Shown: positions 26,839 to 36,445, counted from the stretch's first letter. The stretch: DNA of 64,000 nt from an uncultured Gammaproteobacteria bacterium (GCA_964448705.1 CAYUZS010000002.1:49577-113576), one strand, 5' to 3'. Numbers and translations are program-made. Notes: generated by a model from the sequence alone, not told the origin.

Positions 26839-28016
26839 ACTTTCTTAAAGACATTGATAAGCGAGCGGGCGGAATTTTCCCAACTAAATTTTAGACTTTT
26901 TGCAAATCCTTTTTCAATCATTTTTCTTTTAAGCCGGGGAGATTGGATATTGATCATGGCCTGTTCAAGAGAAGAGATGTCGTGAGGATTAATAAATAGT
27001 GCAGAACTGCCTAAAATTTCTTTGAATGCGGGAATATCCGAAGCGATAACCGGACATTTAGAGATTTGACTTTCGACAGCAGGAATTCCAAAACCTTCGT
27101 AAAGACTGGGTAGAATGGTGGCTTGTGCCTGCCGATATAAAATCCATTTTTCAGTTTCACTAATATAATCGGTAAAAATAACTGAATTTTCTAAGTTAAA
27201 TTTTTGAACCGTCTGAAAAATGGTATTGAATAACCAACCTTTTTTGCCGGCAATAACGAGTTGGTGCTTTAGAACTTTAGAACTATAGTCCTTTAGAACT
27301 TTAGAACTATGGTCTTTTAGAACTTTAGAACTATAGAGCTTTAGAGCTTTAGGAGTTGGTGAGGAGTTAAGAAAGCGGGAAAAAGTTTCGATTAAAAAGG
27401 GAATATTTTTACTGGGTTTAAGAGTGCCTAAATATAGAAAATAAGGTTTGCGGATGGAAAATTTGTTCAGAACATCCTGGGGATTGGTTAGTATTTGGCG
27501 GGGAGGAGTGACACCGTTGTAGGCGATTGAAATTTTGTTCTTATCGATGTTGTATATCCGATTAATTTCATTTTTGGTAAATTCGGAAACGGCAATAATA
27601 TGTTTTGCCTGACGAAGGGAATGTTTAGTCCAGCTTGTAAGCTGGTATAGATCTTTTTTGGTAAACTGATCACCGGTAGAAAGATAACCGAGATCATGAA
27701 TGGTGGGGATAGTGGGAAAAGGACAAAAATGAGGAGAATAATGGCTGGGAGAATAAAATAAATCGAGTTTTATTTTGTCAGTATAGAGATGAAAAGGAAG
27801 AGCAAATTTGGTCCAAAGTTTTTCCGGTCCGAAGACATGATAGTGCCAATTAGCGGATTCGGGGGGCATATCCGGTAGGGGCTGGTTTTTTAAATACAGA
27901 TGATAAGTATTTTTTTGGTCGAGTAAAGAAAGTTGTTTAATAACGTTGTAGGCATATTGTCCAACTCCAACTCTCTGAGCTAAATTGGCTTCATTTCCAT
28001 CAATTCCAATAATCAT
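26835..28016 (-). CDS. Glycosyltransferase, GT4 family, with in-frame 3x 8-aa tandem repeat in the interdomain linker
   Basis: MIIGIDGNEANLAQRVGVGQY N-terminus. The repeat translates as ...YSSKVLKDHSSKVLKDYSSKVLKHQ... just before the LVIAGKKG start of the C-terminal Rossmann half. Confidence 0.8.
   Translation of the reverse strand: MIIGIDGNEANLAQRVGVGQYAYNVIKQLSLLDQKNTYHLYLKNQPLPDMPPESANWHYHVFGPEKLWTKFALPFHLYTDKIKLDLFYSPSHYSPHFCPFPTIPTIHDLGYLSTGDQFTKKDLYQLTSWTKHSLRQAKHIIAVSEFTKNEINRIYNIDKNKISIAYNGVTPPRQILTNPQDVLNKFSIRKPYFLYLGTLKPSKNIPFLIETFSRFLNSSPTPKALKLYSSKVLKDHSSKVLKDYSSKVLKHQLVIAGKKGWLFNTIFQTVQKFNLENSVIFTDYISETEKWILYRQAQATILPSLYEGFGIPAVESQISKCPVIASDIPAFKEILGSSALFINPHDISSLEQAMINIQSPRLKRKMIEKGFAKSLKFSWENSARSLINVFKKV
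27266..27355. repeat. Direct tandem repeat, ~3 copies of a 24-nt unit (CTTTAGAACTTTAGAACTATRGTC) plus degenerate tail, in frame within the GT4 gene
   Basis: Read directly: gctttagaactttagaactatagtc / ctttagaactttagaactatggtc / ttttagaactttagaactatagag / ctttagagctttagg. Confidence 0.85.
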
Positions 28017-28020
28017 AGTT

Positions 28021-28110
28021 ATTTAGTACTCTAGTACTATAGAGCTTTAGAACTATAGAACTTCATTAATTTATAACTTTAGAACTATAGAGCTTTAGTT
28101 CTTTAGTAAA
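28021..28110. repeat. Intergenic cluster of the same TTTAGAACTATAGAGC motif family (at least 2 copies, plus TAGTACT x2)
   Basis: agagctttagaactatagaac ... aactttagaactatagagctttagttctttag between two GT4 genes. A further degenerate copy lies at 31261-31295 (gtttagaactatggtgcgttagaactttag) inside another GT4. Confidence 0.75.
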
Positions 28111-29267
28111 TTTGTATAAACCTGTAATGTTTCCAGAGCAGCTTTTTGCCAAGAGAATTTTTGTGATTGCTGATAACCTTTGCTGATTAACTTGTGCCGT
28201 AAAACCGGAGAAGCAATGATTTTTTCCAAGGCCAGACTAAGATCGTTAATATTTGTCGGATCAACCAAAAGAGCGGCATTACCGGCAATTTCTTCGAGTG
28301 AAGAATTGCGGCTGGTGATAACCGGGGTGCCGACTTTCATCGATTTAACAATCGGAAGACCGAAACCTTCATAAAGAGAGGGATAGCATAAACAAAGAGC
28401 GCTGGCGTGGAGGGCGGCCATATCTTTTTCCGGAATGTACCCTAAAACTTTGATGGAGTTGTGGCTGCCGATGTCCAAATCATTCCCCCAACCGTATTTG
28501 CCGGAAATGGCCAATTCGATGGTTGATTTGGGATTTCTTTTTTTGTAGAGAATAAAGGCTTTAATCAAACGTTCCAAATTTTTTCGTGGTTCTCTCGTTC
28601 CCTGAGCCAAGATGAAATGTTTTAAACCGTACTGTTGAAAGATAAGAGTCTTTTTTTGTTTTTTCTCATTTTCGGAGAGCCGGTTAAATTCATCATATTT
28701 TTGTTCGGCGGCCTCGTAAATAACATGTACTTTATCTTTGGATATTTTGGGAAATAATTTCAGCAGATCACTTTTAGTGTTATGAGAAACGCAAATAAAA
28801 GCAGCACACTCTTTGATGGCTAAGTTAAATTTCCTTTTAAAAACAGCGATAGTTTTGGTGTGTTGGGTTTTTGGATAAAGAAAAGGGACAAAATCGTGAA
28901 TAGTGGTGATGGTTTTGGCGGCAATTGTCGGAGGTTGTGTCCAATCCCAAGTATGGAAAAGATTGCATTTTCCAATAAATAATTCTATAGGAAACCAATG
29001 AAGGCGGTTCCAAATAAACTCCATAAAGGTAGGAGGAAAATAGAAGCGATACAATTTTACATTCGGCCGGGCAATCAGTTTTTTAATTTCTTCGGGTATT
29101 GGTTGGCGGAGAGAAGAAAAGAATAATTTATAAGTATTATGCTTATCAATTTTTACCAAGTTACGGACAATATTAAGAGTGTAGTTGCTGACACCGGTAC
29201 CGTAGGGAACTGATGAGACGTCAATACCAATTATCCGAGCGGAATTTAAATTGGTTTTGGCTGCCAT
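28095..29267 (-). CDS. Glycosyltransferase, GT4 family
   Basis: ARIIGIDVSSVPYGTGVSNYTLNIV N-terminus and EGFGLPIVKSMKVGTPVITS C-terminus. Confidence 0.8.
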   Translation of the reverse strand: MAAKTNLNSARIIGIDVSSVPYGTGVSNYTLNIVRNLVKIDKHNTYKLFFSSLRQPIPEEIKKLIARPNVKLYRFYFPPTFMEFIWNRLHWFPIELFIGKCNLFHTWDWTQPPTIAAKTITTIHDFVPFLYPKTQHTKTIAVFKRKFNLAIKECAAFICVSHNTKSDLLKLFPKISKDKVHVIYEAAEQKYDEFNRLSENEKKQKKTLIFQQYGLKHFILAQGTREPRKNLERLIKAFILYKKRNPKSTIELAISGKYGWGNDLDIGSHNSIKVLGYIPEKDMAALHASALCLCYPSLYEGFGLPIVKSMKVGTPVITSRNSSLEEIAGNAALLVDPTNINDLSLALEKIIASPVLRHKLISKGYQQSQKFSWQKAALETLQVYTNLLKN

Positions 29268-30115
29268 TAAATTGATTTTAGCAAAAATGATAGGTTTCTG
29301 AGACGTTCAATAAAAATTGCAGGAAAATGAAGAATAATTTCCGATAAGGTATAGTTTTTAAAAATAAAATAAAACCAGTTTTTAAAAGTTTGTTTTGCCC
29401 GGAAGCCTTTGATTTGATCGGCAGTAGCACCGCCCCGATGATAAGCAATTGCGGCAGGAACAAATAAAGTTTTGCAGCCATGATGATGGAGACGATAGGC
29501 CACATCGACATCCTCTAAATAAGCAAAATATTTTTCATCAAAAAGACCAATCTTTAAAATCAAATCTTTTTGGTAGACAACCACAGCGGCACTGGAACCC
29601 CAGACCGGATAAGGTTTAAGGTTTGATATTGATTTTTGAGGAAAACGGGAGGAATGATTTAATTGAAGACATTTACCGGAATATTTAAATTCGATTCCCT
29701 GAGATTCGATCCGAAGACCGTGACGGTCGAGAACTGTTCCGCAAAAACAAGCGTATTCCGAATGTTTTTTTATTTCTTTGGAAATAAAATCAAACCAATC
29801 GGTTTTCAGAATAATATCGTTGTTTAAAAGACAAACATAATGGTTGGAAGCGGCGACAATCCCCTGGTTAACCGCGTAAGCAAAACCTAAATTAGTTTGA
29901 TTACGGATTAAAATCAAATTAGGAATTTTTAAGCCGGATAGGATATTTAAGGACTGATCGGTGGAGCCGTTGTCGATGAAAATTATTTCGGTGTTAAGAG
30001 GAAAGACATTTTTTAAATTGTCAAAGAGACTTGGCAAAAGAGAAGCACCATTAAAATTGGGAATGATTACAGAGATCATGAAAGGTTTATAAACTAGGAA
30101 GCCGAAGATAATCAC
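29267..30115 (-). CDS. Glycosyltransferase, GT2 family
   Basis: ISVIIPNFNGASLLPSLFDNL...IIFIDNGSTDQS...YLEDVD (DxD). Confidence 0.75.
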   Translation of the reverse strand: MIIFGFLVYKPFMISVIIPNFNGASLLPSLFDNLKNVFPLNTEIIFIDNGSTDQSLNILSGLKIPNLILIRNQTNLGFAYAVNQGIVAASNHYVCLLNNDIILKTDWFDFISKEIKKHSEYACFCGTVLDRHGLRIESQGIEFKYSGKCLQLNHSSRFPQKSISNLKPYPVWGSSAAVVVYQKDLILKIGLFDEKYFAYLEDVDVAYRLHHHGCKTLFVPAAIAYHRGGATADQIKGFRAKQTFKNWFYFIFKNYTLSEIILHFPAIFIERLRNLSFLLKSI

Positions 30116-30569
30116 CGACTTTTAATGATAATTTGTCGGTATCACCGGCATTTATTTCTATCACATATCTGACCGGAGAGAGGCTTTTATATAACTTAAG
30201 ATTGAGGTCAGTGGTGTTTGGTTCCGGCTGGGCGGTAAGAATATTGTCGATTCTTCCGTCTTTATCAACAAAAATCATATCTAAGGGAATGAGAGTGTTT
30301 TTCATCCAAAAAGTTTGAACAATATCGTAATTAAAAACAAAAATCATGCCGCAAGTAGGACATAAAGAGGAACGATTCATTAACCCCTGGGCGTGATGGG
30401 AGACGGTTTTGGCAACTTCCAAAGTATATTCTTTTGAATTTAGCGAAATTTTAACCTGGTTTAAAGGCGGTTTAAAAATAAAAAATTTATAAAATAAAAT
30501 CCCAAGAATAATTATCAGGATAAGGATGAAGATATTTTTTGCCATATTCGTTTTGATATTTTGTCCCAA
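30087..30569 (-). CDS. DUF192-family protein (COG1430), N-terminal TM
   Basis: QGLMNRSSLCPTCGMIFVF...FWMKNTLIPLDMIFVDKDGRI matches the conserved DUF192 core. Confidence 0.5.
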   Translation of the reverse strand: MGQNIKTNMAKNIFILILIIILGILFYKFFIFKPPLNQVKISLNSKEYTLEVAKTVSHHAQGLMNRSSLCPTCGMIFVFNYDIVQTFWMKNTLIPLDMIFVDKDGRIDNILTAQPEPNTTDLNLKLYKSLSPVRYVIEINAGDTDKLSLKVGDYLRLPSL

Positions 30570-31684
30570 GTTAAATTCTGACTGACATAATGATAACCTT
30601 TTTGAGCAAGTTTTTTTGAAAAATCAGGGCGACTTAGGAGCGAGTCGAGCTGAGCAGCTAAATCAGAAAGATTGTCGGTCTTAAAAAGCAGACCTCCCCG
30701 AAGAGTGTTGATAACTTCTGAAGTTTGGGGTGTATCGGCACCGATGATTGGCTTACCTCTGGCCAAACTCTCAACAAAAACCAAACCAAAGCTTTCATGG
30801 ATGGAAGGCAGACAAAGAACAGTGGAACGGTCGATGGCTTTTTTAATTTGGGAAAGAGTCGGAGTAAAGACGATTTTAATCGGATACGGTGAAGAATTAA
30901 TTTTACGAAGGATATTCGGCCAATAGAGAGTTTTTTGGCCGAGAAGGGTTAAAGTTAACTGAGGATATTTGGAACGAAGTTGGAAGTAGGCTGACAAAAG
31001 CAGTTCAAGTCTTTTATGAGCGGAAAAATTGGCGATAAACAAAATGTTGGGGTGCGGTGGGAAAACAATTTTATCGGCAGGAATAATAAATTCCGGATCG
31101 ACTCCAAGCGATTGAACCATGATGGGACAGGTGACAAAACGGGATAGCAGTTTTTTTTCGGCATGGGTAAAAGCGACGATAAAATCCGAATGACGGAGAG
31201 ATGAGCGTAAGAGAGGTTGATTAAAATCGGAATCCTGAGGGTGATAGCAGGGAATGGTGATTAGTTTAGAACTATGGTGCGTTAGAACTTTAGTTAAGAA
31301 AGATATTATGCGGCTGTAGATAATAATAGTGGTGGGAAGAGGACCGGCGATAATATAATCCGGACGAAAACGTAAAATAGTAAAGATGGGTAAATAAGAA
31401 AAGAGAGGACCTTTGGAAAATATTTTTAGAGTGGGAAAAAGTCGACCTAAAAATTTTAGAGGCCGATGAAAAATAGTGATAACCGGTAAACGAATGATTC
31501 CCGGTGTCGAGGATAAATGTGAATGGCGGGAAGAAACAAAATCATCGGAAGAATAGCAATCGGAAGTAACGACTAAAATTTCATGACCTTGTTTGTGGAG
31601 GTACTCCCCTATTTTGGCGACTACTTTTGAACCACCATCTGTGGCCGGAGGATAAATGTGGGTAATTAATAAAAACTTGGCCAT
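30515..31684 (-). CDS. Glycosyltransferase, GT4 family (contains one degenerate copy of the 24-nt repeat)
   Basis: MAKFLLITHIYPPATDGGSKV N-terminus and ESFGLVFVESLARGKPIIGAD C-terminus. ...FLTKVLTHHSSKLITIP corresponds to the repeat copy at 31261-31295. Confidence 0.7.
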   Translation of the reverse strand: MAKFLLITHIYPPATDGGSKVVAKIGEYLHKQGHEILVVTSDCYSSDDFVSSRHSHLSSTPGIIRLPVITIFHRPLKFLGRLFPTLKIFSKGPLFSYLPIFTILRFRPDYIIAGPLPTTIIIYSRIISFLTKVLTHHSSKLITIPCYHPQDSDFNQPLLRSSLRHSDFIVAFTHAEKKLLSRFVTCPIMVQSLGVDPEFIIPADKIVFPPHPNILFIANFSAHKRLELLLSAYFQLRSKYPQLTLTLLGQKTLYWPNILRKINSSPYPIKIVFTPTLSQIKKAIDRSTVLCLPSIHESFGLVFVESLARGKPIIGADTPQTSEVINTLRGGLLFKTDNLSDLAAQLDSLLSRPDFSKKLAQKGYHYVSQNLTWDKISKRIWQKISSSLS

Positions 31685-31709
31685 TTGGTATAGTATATTT
31701 CATACTACT

Positions 31710-32633
31710 ATGAATAGGTTGAAAAAGATTTTTGGCTCGAAGATTTTCCAAATGACGTTTTCGATTCTACTGATTTTTATTGCTTTCAGAAGAGTAAATA
31801 TTACCCGATTAATAGGAGAAGTTCAGCAAGTGCCAATATGGGTGATAGCAGTTTTGTTGGTATACATGGGAATTTCTATGTTTCTGGGTGGAATACGATG
31901 GGCAACTTTGGTTTTGGGTAAGGTCGGGGTGAAGGATGTTTTGGCATTTACAAAAGCGACTTATGCCGGTGGTTTTTATTCTTTATTTTTTCCCAGTTCG
32001 GTCGGAGGAGACTTGATTAAATGGACAACATTGTTAAAGCAATATCCGGACATTTCTAAATTAAAATTGGCCGGAACGGCGTTGATAGACAGGGTGATTG
32101 GTTTCAGCGCTTTTTCGGTGGCGGCAATGGCGGCATTAATTGCCGGTAAAATTTTTAAATATCAATTTCCGGATATGTTGTTTTGGTTGTTTTTGGGAAT
32201 AAATGTAGGAATGATATTCTTTTATGTTTTGGTTTTTAGTTTAGATTTTGAAAAAATATTGGGAAGAGTTAAGTTTCTGCACCGATTATTAGAAATAGTA
32301 GATTTACTGAAAAACAGCAATAAGAAAAGAATAATTATCTGTTTTTTGATTTCGTTAGTGTCGGAACCGGTGTGGATGTTGATGACTTGGTTTAGTTCTT
32401 TAACTTTTAAAGCAGAGATCAGTTTGCTGCAGGTGTTTATATTTATGCCGATAATATCGTTGATATTAGTGTTGCCGATTTCTTGGGCAGGTTTCGGAGC
32501 CAGGGAAAATTTGTTTTTAGTCTTTTTCGGACAGCTTGGTTTTCCGCCGGAAAAATTATTGTTGGTGTCAGCGTTTACCGGGATAATCGGGGTGCTCAAT
32601 GCCCTTTTAGGCGGATTGATTATACTGTTTTAA
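31710..32633 (+). CDS. Polytopic membrane protein, lysyl-phosphatidylglycerol-synthase-TM-region / UPF0104 flippase-like family
   Basis: 8 or more TM segments with basic N-terminus MNRLKKIF (start moved from 31656 to avoid a head-to-head overlap). A family commonly adjacent to GT2 genes. Confidence 0.4.
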   Translation: MNRLKKIFGSKIFQMTFSILLIFIAFRRVNITRLIGEVQQVPIWVIAVLLVYMGISMFLGGIRWATLVLGKVGVKDVLAFTKATYAGGFYSLFFPSSVGGDLIKWTTLLKQYPDISKLKLAGTALIDRVIGFSAFSVAAMAALIAGKIFKYQFPDMLFWLFLGINVGMIFFYVLVFSLDFEKILGRVKFLHRLLEIVDLLKNSNKKRIIICFLISLVSEPVWMLMTWFSSLTFKAEISLLQVFIFMPIISLILVLPISWAGFGARENLFLVFFGQLGFPPEKLLLVSAFTGIIGVLNALLGGLIILF

Positions 32634-32815
32634 TTTTCTTTTGGTCTGGATAAAGGTATTTTAGCTAATTCGGACTGTTTTTTCCATTCGCCGTAGAGAA
32701 TGGGTGTTGGTTCAGGAATGGTTTGCCGACAAAAAGGACATTGGTTGGTGGCGCCGAGAATCTCTCCGTATTTATGACATATAGGGCATTGGAATTCATG
32801 GTAGTTTGCGTTCAT
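32630..32815 (-). CDS. Small zinc-ribbon protein
   Basis: CPICHKYGE...CPFCRQ gives two CxxC pairs in 61 aa. Confidence 0.35.
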   Translation of the reverse strand: MNANYHEFQCPICHKYGEILGATNQCPFCRQTIPEPTPILYGEWKKQSELAKIPLSRPKEN

Positions 32816-32871
32816 AATGTGAATTTTACCAGATTGGTTTATTTGAATAAAGGGTTTGCTATACTGAAATT

Positions 32872-33840
32872 ATGATTTTGATTGTCGGCGGCGCCGGATA
32901 TATCGGCAGCCATGTGAATAAATATTTGAACCAAAAAGGATATAAAACAATTGTTTTTGACAATTTAAGCAAAGGCCATAGGGAAGCGGTTAAATGGGGA
33001 AAGTTTGTTGAAGGAGATTTAGGAAATATAGATGAGATAAGAAATGTTTTCAAAAAATATAAAATCGAAGTAGTGTTGAATTTTGCCGCCTTTATTGAAG
33101 TCGGTGAATCGGTTAAAGATCCGGAAAAATATTATTTTAATAATGTAGCTAATACTTTAAACCTATTAAAAGTAATGAGAGAGTTTGAAGTAAATAAAAT
33201 AATTTTCTCCTCAACAGCGGCAACTTTCGGGGAACCGAAGTATACGCCGATAGATGAAAAACATCCGCAGGATCCGATTAATCCCTATGGTCAAACAAAA
33301 CTGACAACTGAAAAAATATTTAAGGATTACGATAAGGCCTATGGATTAAAGTTTGTGGTGTTCAGATATTTCAACGCTGCCGGGGCCGATCCGGAAGGTG
33401 AAATTGGTGAATGGCATGAACCGGAAAGTCATTTAATTCCTCTGGTTTTTCAGGCAGCAAACGGAAAGAGAGCGGAGATAAAAGTTTTTGGAAATGATTA
33501 CCCTACCCCGGACGGGACATGTGTCAGAGATTATGTTCATGTTAACGACTTGGCACAGGCACATTGGTTAGGGTTGGAAAAACTTTTAAAAGGCGGCGAA
33601 AGCGGTTTTTATAATTTGGGTAACGGTAAGGGATTTTCGGTGAATGAAGTTATTGAAGCGGTTAAGAAAGTAACGCAAAAAGAGTTTACAGTGACCATAG
33701 ATGCCAGAAGAGAAGGAGATCCTCCAATTTTGATTGCGGCTAGTGAGAAGGCTAAAAAAGAATTAAATTGGCAGCCGGAATATGAAGATTTGGAAAAAAT
33801 CGTACAGACCGCTTGGAATTGGGAGGAGAAAAAGGGATAA
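32872..33840 (+). CDS. galE: UDP-glucose 4-epimerase
   Basis: MILIVGGAGYIGSHV NAD-binding motif and YGQTK catalytic YxxxK. Length and spacing typical of GalE. Confidence 0.85.
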   Translation: MILIVGGAGYIGSHVNKYLNQKGYKTIVFDNLSKGHREAVKWGKFVEGDLGNIDEIRNVFKKYKIEVVLNFAAFIEVGESVKDPEKYYFNNVANTLNLLKVMREFEVNKIIFSSTAATFGEPKYTPIDEKHPQDPINPYGQTKLTTEKIFKDYDKAYGLKFVVFRYFNAAGADPEGEIGEWHEPESHLIPLVFQAANGKRAEIKVFGNDYPTPDGTCVRDYVHVNDLAQAHWLGLEKLLKGGESGFYNLGNGKGFSVNEVIEAVKKVTQKEFTVTIDARREGDPPILIAASEKAKKELNWQPEYEDLEKIVQTAWNWEEKKG

Positions 33841-33846
33841 TCTGGA

Positions 33847-35448
33847 ATGAGTGTTACGATAGCAAAACTAATTAATTTTGTTCAAAGTAAATTGTTTTTT
33901 AGGTTGGGAATTGCTTTGGTAATTTTAATTTTTTTACTTTTGTCGTTAAAAAATCCTTTTTCTGACAGGTCAGTTATTTCAAATCTTGAACCATACCCGG
34001 ATACTTTGTTGTATTCTTTGCCTGTATGGAACTGGCTAAATGGTGATGGTTTGGTAATTAGGTCATTTGGTTTGGAGATCAAAAATGTGATTCCATTAAC
34101 ATATGGTTTTATGCTAATGCCATTTATGTGGTTGTTTAAAGACATTAGGGCCTTTTATTTCGGTAATGAATTGATGATGTTAGCGTCTGTTTTGCTTGTG
34201 ATTTTTACTATAAAAAGAATAGGTAAAGATTTTAAATGGGTTAATGTAGTGTCTTTATTTTGTGGATTTCTACTGGCAACAAATTTTTATATTTATACTC
34301 AGCCTCAATTAATGATGGCTGAAAATGTAAATATTTTAATGATCAGTCTGTTTTTTTACTTGTTATGTTTTAAGATTGATTATAAAACGGGGACTATATT
34401 TGGAATAATCCTGATGCTAACAGGATCAATAAAGACTACAAATATTCCAATTGCGGGAATGATGTTGGGTTGGTGGTTGATGAAATTAATAATTGAAAAT
34501 ATATGGCCAAAAAAACAATTAAGAAAATATGTAGTGGTGGTTTTTTTGATGGGGTTATCACTTTTGTCTTGGTACATTTTACCCAGATTCCCTGGTTTAA
34601 ATGGAGAATCGTTTAATTGGAAGTATCTTGGTCCAAATTTTGATTTTTATCTTAAAGTGATTACTGGGGGCGATAATCGATATTTGTGGTACTATCAACC
34701 GTTGTTTACGAGAGATATATTTGTTTTGGCAACCATGGGAATAATTTATGGCTTTTTCAAGAAAAGATATAGAATGTTTACTTTTTCTGGTTTGTCGATA
34801 ATATTGATTTTTATGTTGGCTATGTCTCTATTTAGGGACACAGAAGGTAGATATATGGCGATATTTTTGCCAATTATAATGGTGCTTGCTGCTTTTGGAA
34901 TGGAAATGATATTGGTAAAAGTAAGAAACGATTTTATAGCGATGCTATTGATTGGTCTGCTTTTAACGATAAATATGATACAAACCTTCCCAGAACAAGA
35001 CAAAAAGTTGCTTAAGATTATCTCCATAAAAAGGCAAATTGTAATGAATATTAAATATCGGGAAGATCCATGGAATTATATAGCACTTGAGTATATGAAT
35101 AATTATTTTAATAATATCGGCGCTGGCGATGATGTGTATTTGGGAACATTACTGCCACCTTTTTATGTAGATTTGTTCAGTAATAAAAGGTATCAGTATT
35201 TGCCAATCACAAAAAGACAGGAGTTTCCTGACTTATGGTATAAGGTGTACAACCAAGGAGATATGGAAAGATATTATGAAACTCTGCTTACATCAGGAAA
35301 AAGAATTTATGTGACGGATTATTATATAAATGCAAATCAAAAATGGAAGGAAGATTATATTACGTTACTATCGAAATTTGAAACGAATTTAGTTTGGCAA
35401 AGCCCTTTGGATAACGCAAATATTTATGAATTACGATTGAAAAAATGA
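33847..35448 (+). CDS. Large polytopic membrane protein (possible GT-C-like), unknown function
   Basis: 533 aa with 12 or more hydrophobic segments. No diagnostic motif found. Confidence 0.35.
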   Translation: MSVTIAKLINFVQSKLFFRLGIALVILIFLLLSLKNPFSDRSVISNLEPYPDTLLYSLPVWNWLNGDGLVIRSFGLEIKNVIPLTYGFMLMPFMWLFKDIRAFYFGNELMMLASVLLVIFTIKRIGKDFKWVNVVSLFCGFLLATNFYIYTQPQLMMAENVNILMISLFFYLLCFKIDYKTGTIFGIILMLTGSIKTTNIPIAGMMLGWWLMKLIIENIWPKKQLRKYVVVVFLMGLSLLSWYILPRFPGLNGESFNWKYLGPNFDFYLKVITGGDNRYLWYYQPLFTRDIFVLATMGIIYGFFKKRYRMFTFSGLSIILIFMLAMSLFRDTEGRYMAIFLPIIMVLAAFGMEMILVKVRNDFIAMLLIGLLLTINMIQTFPEQDKKLLKIISIKRQIVMNIKYREDPWNYIALEYMNNYFNNIGAGDDVYLGTLLPPFYVDLFSNKRYQYLPITKRQEFPDLWYKVYNQGDMERYYETLLTSGKRIYVTDYYINANQKWKEDYITLLSKFETNLVWQSPLDNANIYELRLKK

Positions 35449-36116
35449 AAACTGTAATAATAGTACCAGTATTTAATGAGAGTGGGAGGGCAGTCAAGAC
35501 GATTGATGAAATATTGAAGTTTAGTAAAAAAAATATAGTGGTAGTGGATGACGGTTCAAATGATGATTCCTATGAGATTTTACATAAAAACTTTTCAAAA
35601 AATAAGCGATTGGTTTTACTCCGACACGTGATAAATTTGGGGAAAGGTGCAGCGATGAAAACTGGAGTTATTATGGCCTGGAGGTTAGGAGCAAAGGCGG
35701 TTGTTTTTATAGACGCTGATGGTCAACATGATGTTAAAAAACTTCCCGAATTTGAGAAGTTGTTGGAGACTAATGATTTAGTATTTGGATATAGAAATCT
35801 AGGGATAGAGATGCCGATCATTCGAAGGTGGGGAAACTTATTTTCGATTAATTTAATGAAATCGATGTTTAATATTAAGAGAGCAGATTTGTTGTGTGGT
35901 TATTTTGGGTTTCGAAAATCAGTTTATAAAAAGATTAAATGGAGTGAGTCCAGATACGGGGTTGAAACAGAGATTGCGGCGAAAGTGGGAAAGAATCACC
36001 TTCCGTTTAAGGAGGTCAAAATTGATACAATTTACATTGACAAGTACAAAGGGGTAACAATTTTTGATGCTTTTAAAATATTGGTTAAGCTACCCTACTG
36101 GTACTTCAAAAAATGA
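35445..36116 (+). CDS. GT2 polyprenyl-phosphate hexosyltransferase (DPM1/GtrB/ArnC-like)
   Basis: VIIVPVFNESGRAVKTIDEIL...VVVDDGSNDDS...FIDADGQHD (DxD) typical of Dpm1-like GT2. Confidence 0.8.
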   Translation: MKTVIIVPVFNESGRAVKTIDEILKFSKKNIVVVDDGSNDDSYEILHKNFSKNKRLVLLRHVINLGKGAAMKTGVIMAWRLGAKAVVFIDADGQHDVKKLPEFEKLLETNDLVFGYRNLGIEMPIIRRWGNLFSINLMKSMFNIKRADLLCGYFGFRKSVYKKIKWSESRYGVETEIAAKVGKNHLPFKEVKIDTIYIDKYKGVTIFDAFKILVKLPYWYFKK

Positions 36117-36445
36117 ATATCGTAGGAGTGCAACTAATAGTTTCCGCTTTTGGTTTTTTAATGCTATACAATTTGTTTTTGCAATGGAAAAAGAAAAATA
36201 TCGGATCAAATGGAGCGTTGGTGTGGTTGTTGATGTGGGGTGGATTAATTTGGATAACTTTATTTCCAAGTTCAATAGAACCTTTAATTAAGCAATTATT
36301 TTTTGTTAGGGTTTTTGATTTTGTGGCAGTGGGAGCATTAGTGGTACTAACTTATGTGATGTTTGAGAATCATATTCGGATTAATAAGATGCAACAACAG
36401 TTAGAGAAATTAGTAAGGAGTATTGCTGTTAAAAAGAAGAAATAG
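36113..36445 (+). CDS. DUF2304-like small membrane protein (GT2-associated)
   Basis: 110 aa with 3-4 TM and C-terminal ...LEKLVRSIAVKKKK. Immediately downstream of a DPM1-like GT2 with a 4-nt overlap, as in DUF2304/GtrA-type pairings. Confidence 0.4.
   Translation: MNIVGVQLIVSAFGFLMLYNLFLQWKKKNIGSNGALVWLLMWGGLIWITLFPSSIEPLIKQLFFVRVFDFVAVGALVVLTYVMFENHIRINKMQQQLEKLVRSIAVKKKK

Noticed and set aside
27266-28110. Tandem and dispersed repeats considered as a CRISPR array
   Set aside because: There are no unique spacers of regular length. The 27266-27355 copies are contiguous and in-frame inside a CDS, and the intergenic copies are irregular. This is not CRISPR-like.
31656-31709. Head-to-head 29-bp overlap between the GT4 (30515-31684) and the plus-strand membrane protein if started at 31656
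   Set aside because: The internal Met at 31710 (MNRLKKIF, the basic N-terminus typical for this family) removes the overlap. The longer start is unlikely.
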